Of a stretch of 37,589 bases of DNA, positions 10,739 to 20,160 are shown one piece after another. Source of the stretch: a virus (taxonomy: Duplodnaviria; Heunggongvirae; Uroviricota; Caudoviricetes); IMG/VR virus record IMGVR_UViG_641522623_000002; one strand, 5' to 3'. The first letter of the stretch is position 1. Every line of letters starts with the position of its first letter. Under the pieces are notes generated by a model, which ran no database searches, was not told the origin of the DNA, and worked only from the letters and a program-made list of their open reading frames with translations. The position numbers and the translations under genes are program-made.

Positions 10739-11272
10739 ATGATGCCAGTTAGCCGTAATCTCTGCATTTTCATAAACGTTGGTTTGGGAGAAGGCTCAGC
10801 ATTACCCGTTGGCGTGCCTGTTCCGTGGCCTTCCGCCACTCCGCCAACAGGCTGGCTGAAATGCAACGGTGCGGCTTTTTCTGCTGAAGAATACCCGGAA
10901 CTGGCAAAGGCTTACCCGACAAATAAATTACCTGATTTACGCGGTGAGTTTATTCGGGGCTGGGATGACGGGCGTGGAGTGGATAACGGAAGGGGATTAT
11001 TAACGCTTCAGGATGGTGCTATTGTCAGTCATAACCACTATTGGGGAATCTGGACTTCACGAACTAACGACCAGACTCTGGAAAGTTTTACAGGCACCAC
11101 GATTTTAAAACAAATCACGCCCCTGTCTCCGTCCATTGACTTCGATAATTACCCAATTCCCAACCCGGCTATTACAGAGGGTGGTGTTGTTGCGGCAACG
11201 ACTAAACCTGCAGGTGCGAATGAAACACGCCCACGAAATGTCGCTTTTAACTATATTGTGAGGGCTGCATAA
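10739..11272 (+). CDS. Alternative tail-fibre C-terminal segment (silent orientation, Sv'-like)
   Basis: ORF begins at the crossover site and shares the GLGE junction codons in frame with H; it would fuse to the H constant region after inversion. Confidence 0.7.
   Translation: MMPVSRNLCIFINVGLGEGSALPVGVPVPWPSATPPTGWLKCNGAAFSAEEYPELAKAYPTNKLPDLRGEFIRGWDDGRGVDNGRGLLTLQDGAIVSHNHYWGIWTSRTNDQTLESFTGTTILKQITPLSPSIDFDNYPIPNPAITEGGVVAATTKPAGANETRPRNVAFNYIVRAA
10767..10792. repeat. Invertase crossover site, left (ttttcataaacgttggtttgggagaa)
   Basis: Inverted copy of the site at 12622-12647; lies at codons ...FINVGLGE of the silent tail-fibre C-terminus ORF. Confidence 0.75.
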
Positions 11273-11874
11273 TGAATAACGCAGAATTAAACAGTGAATT
11301 AATTGCCACTATGGCAGGAGAAATTACTGTTTATAACTTTGATGTCATGAGTCGGGAATATATTTCAGCTTCAACTGAATATCTTGCTATTGGTGTCGGC
11401 ATTCCGGCATATTCCTGTTTAGATGCCCCAGGCACATACAAAGCTGGTTATGCAATCTGCCGATCTGCAGATTTTAACTCATGGGAATATGTACCAGACC
11501 ATCGCGGTGAAATCGTCTTTAGCACCGAAACAGGAGAATCAAAAGAAATCACAGCTCCGGGTGATTACCCTGATAATACAACCACTATCGCCCCGTTAAC
11601 GCCATACGATAAATGGGATGGTGAGAAATGGGTGACGGATACCGAAGCACAGCATAGCGCCGCAGTAGATGCAGCAGAAGCACAGCGCCAGTCACTGATT
11701 GATACTGCAATGGCTTCAATCAGTCTGATTCAGCTGAAATTGCAGGCCGGACGTAAACTGACGCAGGCAGAAACAACCCGCCTTAACGCTGTGCTGGATT
11801 ACATTGACGCGGTGACGGCAACAGATACCAGCACAGCGCCGGATGTCATCTGGCCTGAACTGCCGGAGGCGTAG
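11272..11874 (+). CDS. Tail-fibre assembly chaperone (alternative, U'-like)
   Basis: 200 aa immediately after the alternative fibre tip; conserved Tfa C-terminus (...LDYIDAV...WPELP). Confidence 0.75.
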   Translation: MNNAELNSELIATMAGEITVYNFDVMSREYISASTEYLAIGVGIPAYSCLDAPGTYKAGYAICRSADFNSWEYVPDHRGEIVFSTETGESKEITAPGDYPDNTTTIAPLTPYDKWDGEKWVTDTEAQHSAAVDAAEAQRQSLIDTAMASISLIQLKLQAGRKLTQAETTRLNAVLDYIDAVTATDTSTAPDVIWPELPEA

Positions 11875-12265
11875 GCCATTCAATATCTGGGGCACTGGAG
11901 GTATCCACCAGTTCCAGTGCGTCCAGGTAATCCAGCCACAAATTATATTGCGCCAGTTCCTCACCTTTCAGACGACCAATAGCGGCTTTACCAGGCCATT
12001 GCTTACTGTTCATGTATTCGTTGGCCTGTTCAATAAGTATACTTTTCATTCCCTCCGCTTCAGCTATTTCCTGTTCCTGTGTCTTCGCTGGATATTCAGT
12101 AAGTACAGGGTAGTTATCCGGGTTATTGATAATAATTTTCCCCGTACTCTGACCATTCATAAGTTCATAATAAAGAGCATCTTCAATATCGAAAGCATCA
12201 TCGGGAATATCGTTGTTGTTTTCAGAGAAAAATCCCTGAACAGATGGGGACCATTTCATTTTCAT
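11846..12265 (-). CDS. Tail-fibre assembly chaperone gpG/U (expressed orientation)
   Basis: 139 aa directly downstream of H; C-terminus ...[11 protein letters not shown]...WPTPP is typical of Tfa; converges on and overlaps the U'-like gene. Confidence 0.8.
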   Translation of the reverse strand: MKMKWSPSVQGFFSENNNDIPDDAFDIEDALYYELMNGQSTGKIIINNPDNYPVLTEYPAKTQEQEIAEAEGMKSILIEQANEYMNSKQWPGKAAIGRLKGEELAQYNLWLDYLDALELVDTSSAPDIEWPTPPAVQAR

Positions 12266-13683
12266 AATTTCCCAATTCCTAAAATGTGGACGTCATCAGC
12301 CTTACGGGCATTCCAGGTGACAATTACATCGGTAGAGTGACGATTAACTGAGATTGCGTATGCTTCGTTAGTCGAGCCAGAAACTTTTGTAGCAAACACA
12401 GCAAACAGGACACCAAATGACTGGGGCCATTTATAGCCTGACAGCTGATAATTACCATTATTCAGTGTTACAGCTTTGGCTGCTGCACTTGATGGAATCG
12501 TCAGCCACTGGAGTATCAACCCTCCTGGCAAAAGTTGTTTTCCGTAATAATCCCTCACCCCACTAAATGAAACCATGTCCGGTATCTGATTTTCCCCTGT
12601 GCCCACATCCCGTTTTGCCGCCTCTCCCAAACCAAGGTATGTGAGAAGACCAGCTACATCCTTTCCACTCAAATTGGTAAGCGTATTGTCCAGCGGTTGT
12701 TTACCTGACAGCGCATTAAGCATTGTCGTGGCAAAGTTCGGATCATTCCCCAGTGCCGCCGCCAGTTCGTTCAGTGTATCCAGTGCCGCAGGTGCAGAAC
12801 CCACCATTGCCGCAATCGCCGATTTCACAAATGCCGTGGTGGCAATCTGTGTATTGTTGACCGACTGCGCCGCCGTGGGGGCTGTTGGCGTTCCGGTGAG
12901 TGCCGGACTCGACAACGGTGCTTTTAGTGCCAGCGCATTGTTAATGGTGGTACTGAAATTCGGATCATTGTTAATGGCTGCGGCTATTTCTTTCAGCGTG
13001 TCCAGCGTGGCTGGCGCACCATTAATAAGGGCCGTCAGTGCCGCCTGTACAAACGCAGTGGTCGCAACCTGCGTGGTATTATTCCCCGCCGCTGGCGTTG
13101 GCGCTTTGGGGGTTCCGGTAAATGTCGGGCTGGCTTTTGGCGCGTACTGTGAATGCGGGTCCGGTGCGGCAAGATGTTTTGCCATCTGATCATCCGCGTA
13201 CACCTTCAGCTCCAGTGCCTTGTCATCCACATACTTGCGGGTTGCCAGCACTACAGCAGGGTCGATTTTCAGGGTGATATTGTCCGTGCTGCTGGTAATC
13301 AGCACCATGCGCACGGTCTGAGTGCGCCCGCTACCTTCAGCCAGTTGCGGCTTATAGCTTTCCGGGCAGTTGCCCACGGCAATCAATGCCCCGGACTCAT
13401 CAAACAAGCCCACTTCACGTATCCACCAACCGCCCTCGTTTTCAGGGATCACCTGTTCGGCAATAATCTGGCTGCTGTTCTGCGGGTCGATATAAAGCAT
13501 ATTCAGCGCAGCCCGGCGTTTCTCATTTACCAGTGCCGTCTGCTTTGCGTCCGGCGTTGGCAATACTCCACCGCCATCGCCCACCGCCATATGGGTAATT
13601 TTTAGCGGCACACCGAGCGCGGCGGCGCTGGCAAGTTTCGCCGCGCCAATATCCGTCAGCAGGGTATAAAATTTTGTGCTCAT
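12262..13683 (-). CDS. Tail fibre protein gpH (constant N-terminal region plus currently joined variable C-terminus)
   Basis: 473 aa; P2-H-like N-terminus; internal tandem repeat of about 70 aa; crossover site inside the gene at 12622-12647. Confidence 0.88.
   Translation of the reverse strand: MSTKFYTLLTDIGAAKLASAAALGVPLKITHMAVGDGGGVLPTPDAKQTALVNEKRRAALNMLYIDPQNSSQIIAEQVIPENEGGWWIREVGLFDESGALIAVGNCPESYKPQLAEGSGRTQTVRMVLITSSTDNITLKIDPAVVLATRKYVDDKALELKVYADDQMAKHLAAPDPHSQYAPKASPTFTGTPKAPTPAAGNNTTQVATTAFVQAALTALINGAPATLDTLKEIAAAINNDPNFSTTINNALALKAPLSSPALTGTPTAPTAAQSVNNTQIATTAFVKSAIAAMVGSAPAALDTLNELAAALGNDPNFATTMLNALSGKQPLDNTLTNLSGKDVAGLLTYLGLGEAAKRDVGTGENQIPDMVSFSGVRDYYGKQLLPGGLILQWLTIPSSAAAKAVTLNNGNYQLSGYKWPQSFGVLFAVFATKVSGSTNEAYAISVNRHSTDVIVTWNARKADDVHILGIGKL
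12622..12647. repeat. Invertase crossover site, right (inside H)
   Basis: ctctcccaaaccaaggtatgtgagaa, the inverted partner of 10767-10792. Confidence 0.75.
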
Positions 13684-14285
13684 GGATTCACTCTCATTGT
13701 GTCAATAACATGGACCGCCCCGCCTTCATGCGCGGTGCCGCCGGAAATAATTGTTTCGTTGATATACGGATAGATCGTGATTTCTTCGCCAAGATAGCTG
13801 GCGGCTCCCACCCAGTGCGGGCCGCTGGTCTGCAGGTTGATGGACATGCCGATCATGTGACGGCTACATGGTTTGGCATCGCTTATCAGTCGCTCAAGTT
13901 CCAGATAGGTATCTTCAGTGATGCCCTGGTCCTGCACGCCGATATCCAGACGAAACGTGCCCGGTGCCTCTCCGGTCTGCCACCACTCAATAATGCGGAT
14001 CAGAAAGCCGAACGGCTCCACCACCCGCCGCACGGCACTGGTGGTTCCTTTATGCTGATGAATATAAAAAGCATCCTTCACCACCTGACGTTTGACGCTT
14101 TCTGTCCAGCCCTCGTCCCAGCGATCCACAGAGAACGCCCAAGCGAGATAAGGCAGGAAACTGACCGGACAGGTTGCCGGATTCCACAAGTCACGCAGCG
14201 GCACCTGCAGATCAGAAATCCCGCTGCAGGTTTGCGCCAGTCGGCGCTCCAGTGGCGTTGAACCCGGTGGCAGCAGACTATTCAT
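13680..14285 (-). CDS. Baseplate protein gpI
   Basis: 201 aa, between J and H as in P2; start overlaps the J stop. Confidence 0.8.
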   Translation of the reverse strand: MNSLLPPGSTPLERRLAQTCSGISDLQVPLRDLWNPATCPVSFLPYLAWAFSVDRWDEGWTESVKRQVVKDAFYIHQHKGTTSAVRRVVEPFGFLIRIIEWWQTGEAPGTFRLDIGVQDQGITEDTYLELERLISDAKPCSRHMIGMSINLQTSGPHWVGAASYLGEEITIYPYINETIISGGTAHEGGAVHVIDTMRVNP

Positions 14286-15225
14286 CCGTACCCCCGTTGG
14301 TCACGCTCCACTGCGTACATGATGCCGCCTGCGTTTTGTTCAGGACCACATCCGCCAGCGGGGAAGCCAGTTCCACACGCTGCACTCCCTCAACATGCAG
14401 CGCGGCAAAAATGGCGCTACGGCGAATATCCCGACCAAGCCGCGTCTGACTGGCGATGTACCTCTGCAGGCTGGCTTTTGCCGCTGCCATTACCGGCTCT
14501 GCTTCCGGCCCCGGATAGAGAAAAATGGTGGCTTCCACGCGGTACGGGATGATTTCCGCGCTGCGAACCGTCAGACGGTCAGCCACCGGGCGGACGTTCT
14601 CACTGTTCAGGGCTTTCTCCACCACATCCAGCAGGTCTTTTTCTGCTGTTCCGTCGCCTTCACGGCTTAGGACCGTAAGCACCACCTCTGCAGGTGCCGG
14701 ACTGGTTGCACTGGCATCCGCCACCCGACCGTCGGCGCTTCGTGCATGAAACTCATAAGCGGCAGTTGGCCCAGCAACAGAAAGCCCTTCAAAGGCTGCA
14801 GGCACACGCAGGCGTAACGCTTCATCACTTTCCATCACAGCCGCAACGGGCGGTACAGCGTCATCATCAGCAGGTGTCACCGTCAGGCGTTTCACGTTGT
14901 AGTTAGCAGCGAGATGGTCAAGATCGCCGCCCATCGCGTAAGCCACCATCACAGCCTGCGCGGCTTCGTTAATGCGCTGGCGCAGAAGCAACTCACGGTA
15001 AGCGTTCTCCTGCAGCAATTTGGTGACGGGTTCAGATTCCAGTTCCAGCGTGCGGATCACTGCTTCCTGCTCATCTTTCGGATGAAGCGCAACAAATTCG
15101 GCCTTGCGTTCGGCAAGCAGCGTCTCAAAGTCCGGCACATCCACAATCTGCGGCGCAGGCAACTGCGAAAGGTCAATCACTGCCATTCTCTGCTCCTGTT
15201 GATACGGAAAGGGAAACAGGCACAC
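14278..15225 (-). CDS. Baseplate wedge protein gpJ
   Basis: 315 aa; P2 order V-W-J-I. Confidence 0.85.
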   Translation of the reverse strand: MCLFPFPYQQEQRMAVIDLSQLPAPQIVDVPDFETLLAERKAEFVALHPKDEQEAVIRTLELESEPVTKLLQENAYRELLLRQRINEAAQAVMVAYAMGGDLDHLAANYNVKRLTVTPADDDAVPPVAAVMESDEALRLRVPAAFEGLSVAGPTAAYEFHARSADGRVADASATSPAPAEVVLTVLSREGDGTAEKDLLDVVEKALNSENVRPVADRLTVRSAEIIPYRVEATIFLYPGPEAEPVMAAAKASLQRYIASQTRLGRDIRRSAIFAALHVEGVQRVELASPLADVVLNKTQAASCTQWSVTNGGTDE

Positions 15226-15532
15226 CGTTATTACGCCGCCCGCTCAGCGCCACCACCATTGAACCGTCAAAATTGCTGTTGATGGTGATGGAATCCAGCG
15301 CCATCCGTGGCTCCCAGCGACTCAGCGCCACATACACTGCCGACATGACCTGCAGGCGTAATGCCGGATTTTGTGGCTGATCTATCAGTGCCGACAGCAG
15401 GGAACCATATTCCCGGCGAGCAATGCGGCTACCCTGCGGTGTCAGCAGAATGTCCCGCACCGACTGGCGCAGATGGTCAATATCAGTAATGGCTTTACCG
15501 CTGGTATTGTTCATCCCGCTATAAAGCGTCAT
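15173..15532 (-). CDS. Baseplate protein gpW
   Basis: 119 aa, between V and J. Confidence 0.8.
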   Translation of the reverse strand: MTLYSGMNNTSGKAITDIDHLRQSVRDILLTPQGSRIARREYGSLLSALIDQPQNPALRLQVMSAVYVALSRWEPRMALDSITINSNFDGSMVVALSGRRNNGVPVSLSVSTGAENGSD

Positions 15533-16113
15533 ACCGGGCCTCCGGTTGTATCGCCGCCTTTCAGGACGCCAGTATGCTGATGCACATCAACCACGATCCC
15601 GTTAGAACTCATCGCACCGCCGCCCTGGGTAACGCCGCCATTGATCACTACTTCACTATTAATACGCGTGCGGTCAGCCTCCAGCACAAACTCACTGGTT
15701 TTCAGGGTGATATTGTCGGCAGCCTCAATAACCATGGATTTGATGCCCCTGACATACCAGCGCCCGGTGGCGGGTTCGTATTCAAACCAGCCACCGTCAG
15801 GATGTTCTGTCACGCAGGCGTCCGCCGACGTCGACGGTGGTGCGAACTGATTCGAATAGACAGCGGGCAGCGCAAAGGCGGTCTCCAGATTGCCGCCCAG
15901 ACTCAGCAGCACCACCTGCTCACCTTCCGATGGTCGCCACCATGTCCGGGCATTCCCGGCACGCAGGGTCAGCCAGCTGATCCAGTTGGTTTCTAAGTCG
16001 CCTGTTTTCACCCGACAAAGCCAGTTTTCCCTGTCCACTTCGGTGACTACACCAGTGCGGATCAGGTTGGTGATAAGGCGCATGATTTCGGTCAGTTGTG
16101 TATTCATTTCCAA
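15529..16113 (-). CDS. Baseplate spike/hub protein gpV
   Basis: 194 aa; the N-terminus resembles P2 gpV from the second Met (MNTQLTEIMRL...), so the true start may be 16107. Confidence 0.82.
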   Translation of the reverse strand: MEMNTQLTEIMRLITNLIRTGVVTEVDRENWLCRVKTGDLETNWISWLTLRAGNARTWWRPSEGEQVVLLSLGGNLETAFALPAVYSNQFAPPSTSADACVTEHPDGGWFEYEPATGRWYVRGIKSMVIEAADNITLKTSEFVLEADRTRINSEVVINGGVTQGGGAMSSNGIVVDVHQHTGVLKGGDTTGGPV

Positions 16114-16153
16114 ATTATCAAACAGAACAAAGACTAATTCATCTATTTAGAAT

Positions 16154-16171
16154 TGTAAGAGATTTGGCACA
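16154..16171 (-). promoter_or_regulatory. Candidate Ogr/B activator site (TGT-N12-ACA) of the V-operon late promoter
   Basis: tgtaagagatttggcaca 40-58 bp upstream of the V start codon. Confidence 0.35.
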
Positions 16172-16204
16172 ATGATAATTTAAAGAAAGAATGACAACTT
16201 TAAA

Positions 16205-16233
16205 TAAAAACGCCCTATTAAAGGGCGTTTTTA
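16205..16233 (-). terminator. Rho-independent terminator downstream of the cargo NTPase gene (bidirectional shape)
   Basis: aaaaa-cgccct-atta-agggcg-ttttt; stem 16211-16216 / 16222-16227 flanked by A and T runs. Confidence 0.7.
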
Positions 16234-17745
16234 TTATTGCCTAAGTTTAGGCTTGATAATTCCTAGTGCATCCCACAAACCACAGTGTATTTCAAAATTC
16301 AACGTTGGGTCCATTTCTAAATCTTCATCATTAAATGACCACAAATAAACATCTCCGCCATCTGTTTTAGATCTCCTGAGTACATTCCCGATAGCACCGA
16401 CTTTAAATAAACAACTCAGTATTTTATTAAGCGTTAATGTACCATCTCCTAACTTCAATTCTTCAAATTTTTCCTTGATTAAATGTGGAGTGAAACCTCT
16501 TTTTTTTAATGAACGTAAAAGAGAAAAACTGTCATCTATTTCTGAATCACTTAAATGTCCCGCAAGCTCAGATCTAATTTCACGTAAAAGATAAGATGAG
16601 TATTTTTTAGAAATCTTTGTAAACATGGAACTTTCAAATCTTTCAGTATTTTCTCCATATTCATCTTGAATATAAGTTAGCATCCTAACGGCATCTCTTG
16701 GGCGACCTAGAGTTCTATGTAAAATATAAATAGAGCTATGCTCACCTGCAACTCTCTCAGTGAAAATTTTCCCGAACAAATTAGAACCATTTAAATCATT
16801 ATAATAATCAGTGGAGTTTTTGATCTTAAAAGCAATCATATCAAAAATCTCAGAATCACTTGCTCGTTCTCCAGCAGAACACCAATCAAGTGTAACAGAG
16901 TTATCTTCAATGATTTTATTAATATTCGGCGATGAAAAAGTATTTATTATATCATGACGAATAACTGCACCAATTTTAGCATCTATTTTATTTTGCATTA
17001 GAGTTTTATTAATTGACACAACAGCATTTAAAAAACTTATCATTGCATTTTTATATTCAACTGTTGCATCAAACTTATCATCTAACTCATCATAAAATAC
17101 ATATATTTTTTTATTACTCTCTTTTAGCATGTCAACAATAAAACACTGCAAAGATTCCATACATTCCAAATAATTCTTTTTTGTTTCTTTTGTTTTCTCG
17201 ACCTCACCATCTTTTGCTTTGGCTTCACCACGTAATACTGGGAATCTAAATCCGATACCAACCTCACCCGACGCTTGGTACTCCCTAGTTATTTCAACTG
17301 TTTGCTCAGGCCTTAACTCGCCCGCGACATGGCCAAAAGAACGTAAAAAACTTTCCAAATGAACTATTTTATCCTCACTAAATCCTTTTTTATTACTTAC
17401 AATATTCTTAGCAAGATTGACCAATATCATCCACTTGAAAATTGGTACATATTTTGTGGAAGACACATCCTGCCCCTGAAAGTGAGTAAGTTCATGAAAA
17501 ACAAAATCTTTTAATGATTCCACAACTGCAATATAATTATTTTTTCGCTTGGCGTTACAGTAGACATTAACAAGCAATGTCTTACCCGTCCCCTTCCTGC
17601 CAATTACGAGCATTTTATTTTTTCTATCAAGTTTACTTAATGAATTATTTATATCATAAAAATATTTCGAGTAATTATCGAGAAATAATACCTCATTCTC
17701 TCCATAAACCTCACCAAATTCAAAATCACCAATTTTGGGGCGCAT
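16234..17745 (-). CDS. AT-rich cargo gene: P-loop NTPase of unassigned family (candidate anti-phage defence protein)
   Basis: 503 aa; Walker A GRKGTGKT (aa 49-56, encoded about 17578-17601); Walker-B-like IYVFYDELDD; GRPRD sensor/arginine-finger-like motif; codon usage and base composition are visibly AT-rich compared with the flanking S and V genes; own terminator. Confidence 0.75.
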   Translation of the reverse strand: MRPKIGDFEFGEVYGENEVLFLDNYSKYFYDINNSLSKLDRKNKMLVIGRKGTGKTLLVNVYCNAKRKNNYIAVVESLKDFVFHELTHFQGQDVSSTKYVPIFKWMILVNLAKNIVSNKKGFSEDKIVHLESFLRSFGHVAGELRPEQTVEITREYQASGEVGIGFRFPVLRGEAKAKDGEVEKTKETKKNYLECMESLQCFIVDMLKESNKKIYVFYDELDDKFDATVEYKNAMISFLNAVVSINKTLMQNKIDAKIGAVIRHDIINTFSSPNINKIIEDNSVTLDWCSAGERASDSEIFDMIAFKIKNSTDYYNDLNGSNLFGKIFTERVAGEHSSIYILHRTLGRPRDAVRMLTYIQDEYGENTERFESSMFTKISKKYSSYLLREIRSELAGHLSDSEIDDSFSLLRSLKKRGFTPHLIKEKFEELKLGDGTLTLNKILSCLFKVGAIGNVLRRSKTDGGDVYLWSFNDEDLEMDPTLNFEIHCGLWDALGIIKPKLRQ

Positions 17746-17832
17746 AACATCCTATCCTTAAGAAAATCATATCATTATAACAAATGCTTTTATATATAGC
17801 AGATTTTATATTTTCATTGAAGTAAAATAAAC

Positions 17833-18297
17833 TCACTTATGCAACCCTCCCTTTTCCTGTAACCAACTGATTAATGTGTAAAATATAAAACTTTGTTCTT
17901 TTTCAGCAATGCCTAACAAACGACGCTCTGCATAACGGACCTCCGGTCCTTTTCGACTGACGCGATCACGCAGGCCGTAATGGTGAACGCAGGCGATGCG
18001 CTGCACCTTACCTTCAAACTGTACGCTGGCAGAATCCGCGCTGGCGGCGGTTTTCAGGTATTTTGTGGTGCGAAGTTTTGTAAACATCTGCCGTTTGATG
18101 CGGCCTTTTTTACTGCGTGCTGTTACTCGCCTCGGTTCATAGCTGCTGCCATCAGGATTGCGTTGCATCCTGATATTCTGCTGCTGTGTCCGGCGCAGTT
18201 CCTGCGCCAGCTGGCGCATCATGCGGCTTCTGGCGGCTGGTTCCAGATTTGCCAGCAAGGCACTCAGCCAGTCGTCCACTTTCTGCAATTCAGCCAC
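17833..18297 (-). CDS. Tail completion protein gpS
   Basis: 154 aa downstream of R; P2 order R-S. Confidence 0.8.
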   Translation of the reverse strand: MAELQKVDDWLSALLANLEPAARSRMMRQLAQELRRTQQQNIRMQRNPDGSSYEPRRVTARSKKGRIKRQMFTKLRTTKYLKTAASADSASVQFEGKVQRIACVHHYGLRDRVSRKGPEVRYAERRLLGIAEKEQSFIFYTLISWLQEKGGLHK

Positions 18298-18742
18298 GTT
18301 TCACCGTCCACATTTCTTCAGGTTCATCAGGTTCCGCTATAGCTTCAACGCTCGACACACTGCCGTTAGTGCTGACCAGCACACGTTCCGTCAGTTGCAG
18401 GTTAAGGCTGATATCACAGACATCGTTGCGCAGAATATCCACCTCAAAGGTGAATAGCTTTTCCCGTAACGCCGGGTTATTGATGGCATCGGGCTGGTTA
18501 TCCCGCAGCCACAGTAAAACCGGGGCCATCAGCAAATTTTGGTCGCCGCTGAAATCCTCTATCACCACGTTCAGGGTATAGCGGTACTCCCATGACATGG
18601 AGCTGGCCCCCGTGGCAACCAGCGAACCGTTATCCACAAACAGATGCAGTTTGTCCGGGTTATTGCGGACATAAGGCACCGCTTTATTGAGGGCGTGGCG
18701 CAGGGATTGTGGTTTGTTCACTGTTTCGCTCCTGACACGCAA
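18290..18742 (-). CDS. Tail completion protein gpR
   Basis: 150 aa, after the lysis genes. Confidence 0.8.
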   Translation of the reverse strand: MRVRSETVNKPQSLRHALNKAVPYVRNNPDKLHLFVDNGSLVATGASSMSWEYRYTLNVVIEDFSGDQNLLMAPVLLWLRDNQPDAINNPALREKLFTFEVDILRNDVCDISLNLQLTERVLVSTNGSVSSVEAIAEPDEPEEMWTVKRG

Positions 18743-18974
18743 TAATCATGTCCACTTTGTCTGCACAGACCGCCCAGGCGGTCTCCGTTTCATCCAGCAA
18801 TGCGTTCAGATCACCGTTAGTGCGCGGCGCTGCCTGCTCCAGCCGACACGGCGTCACTCGCGGACAACCACTGACGGTAAGCTGCACCTCCGGTGAATGC
18901 CGGACGGTTCCGCAGCCGGATAATGTCAGCAGGCAAAGGAGCATCAGTCCAGCGGCGTAAATCCTCGTTCTCAC
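18684..18974 (-). CDS. Outer-membrane spanin lipoprotein (LysC/Rz1-like), embedded in and overlapping LysB and R
   Basis: 96 aa; signal peptide with lipobox LTLSGC; out-of-frame overlap with LysB as in P2 lysB/lysC. Confidence 0.65.
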   Translation of the reverse strand: MRTRIYAAGLMLLCLLTLSGCGTVRHSPEVQLTVSGCPRVTPCRLEQAAPRTNGDLNALLDETETAWAVCADKVDMIIACQERNSEQTTIPAPRPQ

Positions 18975-19245
18975 GTTTCAGTTCCTCAATTCGGTGTTGT
19001 CGTTGTCTCAGCAGTGCACTGGTCTGTTCTGCTTCGGCGTAGAGCCGCGCCTGCTCCCGGTTGTTGGTTTCAGCCAGAATGGACAGATTGATCAGCTGGC
19101 TATTTTTCTTCGTTAGTTCGTGCGCTTTACTTTTCAGCGCCGCGCGCTGCGTTTCGATGGTGTGGCTGGCGCTGTTAAGCCGCCACGACTGCCAGCCCAG
19201 CGCAACGAGTGCCAGCGCCGCCACTAACGCCAGCGCACGTGTCAT
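18817..19245 (-). CDS. Inner-membrane spanin (LysB/Rz-like)
   Basis: 142 aa; N-terminal transmembrane helix then a charged coiled-coil region; follows the endolysin gene. Confidence 0.7.
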   Translation of the reverse strand: MTRALALVAALALVALGWQSWRLNSASHTIETQRAALKSKAHELTKKNSQLINLSILAETNNREQARLYAEAEQTSALLRQRQHRIEELKRENEDLRRWTDAPLPADIIRLRNRPAFTGGAAYRQWLSASDAVSAGAGSAAH

Positions 19246-19757
19246 AGTCCAGCTCCTTTAAGGCACCAGGCCATCTCCCGCGCACGGCGGTTATCCAGCC
19301 CCTGATTAAAAACACCTTTCACATAAACCCAGCGCGGCAACTGTCGGCACGCATCCGCCCAGCGCCGCTGATTGAGCAATTTCACCAGCGTGGAACTACA
19401 GGCATTGCCCGTCCCCACGTTGAAGGCAAACGACACCGTAGCGTCATACACCTTCTGCGGCGGCTGTTGCTTCACACACCTTTCCAACGCCCGCTCCACA
19501 CGCAGCACGTTGGAGATCAGCCCTTCCGCTGCCTGTCGTTCCGTGATGGTTTTGCCGGGAATGACGCCCGATGTATTACCAATGCCATCGGTCCAGACAC
19601 CCGCGCTGCACTGATACGGCTGCAGACGACAGCCTTCGTAATCGGCAATCAGTTTCAGCCCCTCCACGGAGGTGTGAAGCTGCTGAAAACCCGGCAACGT
19701 GGCAGCAATAGCCAGCACGGCCCCGACAAGGCAGCGTTTAATGATTGATGGATTCAT
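19242..19757 (-). CDS. Endolysin gpK, T4-lysozyme-like muramidase with an N-terminal SAR (signal-anchor-release) segment
   Basis: 171 aa; hydrophobic Gly/Ala-rich N-terminus (LVGAVLAIAATLPG); lysozyme-family motifs (VWTDGIG, FNVGTGN); follows the holin gene. Confidence 0.8.
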   Translation of the reverse strand: MNPSIIKRCLVGAVLAIAATLPGFQQLHTSVEGLKLIADYEGCRLQPYQCSAGVWTDGIGNTSGVIPGKTITERQAAEGLISNVLRVERALERCVKQQPPQKVYDATVSFAFNVGTGNACSSTLVKLLNQRRWADACRQLPRWVYVKGVFNQGLDNRRAREMAWCLKGAGL

Positions 19758-19953
19758 AGTCCTCCCGCGAGATCTGCCCGTCGCGCAGAAGCTGGTAGGC
19801 TTTGTGTTTGTAGTACCAGTTGATAGCCAGCATCAGCACACCAATCATCAGGCCACCCAGCGTTGAGGCATCCTTGATGGACAAATCGCCCAGCCAGGCC
19901 AGCACAACGGCGATGCAGTACGTGATAAAGGCGCTGATTCGCTCAAGCGTCAT
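19738..19953 (-). CDS. Holin (71 aa, two transmembrane segments; pinholin-like)
   Basis: Two hydrophobic helices and a charged C-terminus; immediately upstream of the SAR-type endolysin. Confidence 0.7.
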   Translation of the reverse strand: MTLERISAFITYCIAVVLAWLGDLSIKDASTLGGLMIGVLMLAINWYYKHKAYQLLRDGQISREDYESINH

Positions 19954-19956
19954 AAT

Positions 19957-20160
19957 TCAGTCCCATAGCTGGACGGTCTGCACGGTGGTGGTTGTCGGAA
20001 TGTCCGGCAGCTCCACCTGCAGCCCGTGAGGTAAAAAGGGGCCGTATTCGGCAAGCCCCGGATTTGCCTTCAGTACCTGCTCCGTGACACCCTGCGTGCG
20101 CCCGTAATGACGCCAGCAAAGTGCGTCCACCGTGTCATACTGATGCGCACGCACTTTCAT
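19957..20160 (-). CDS. Tail protein gpX
   Basis: 67 aa between L and the holin, as in P2. Confidence 0.7.
   Translation of the reverse strand: MKVRAHQYDTVDALCWRHYGRTQGVTEQVLKANPGLAEYGPFLPHGLQVELPDIPTTTTVQTVQLWD

Larger units (their letters stand above)
10767..12647. mobile_element. Invertible tail-fibre segment (G/C-segment-like DNA switch)
   Basis: Bounded by 26-bp inverted crossover sites at 10767-10792 and 12622-12647 (21/26 identical in inverted orientation, with a shared 13-bp ttggtttgggaga core); contains two opposed tail-fibre C-termini with their chaperones. Confidence 0.8.

Noticed and set aside
12599-13189. 196-aa plus-strand ORF
   Set aside because: Antisense to the repetitive part of tail-fibre gene H; its length is an artefact of the repeat.
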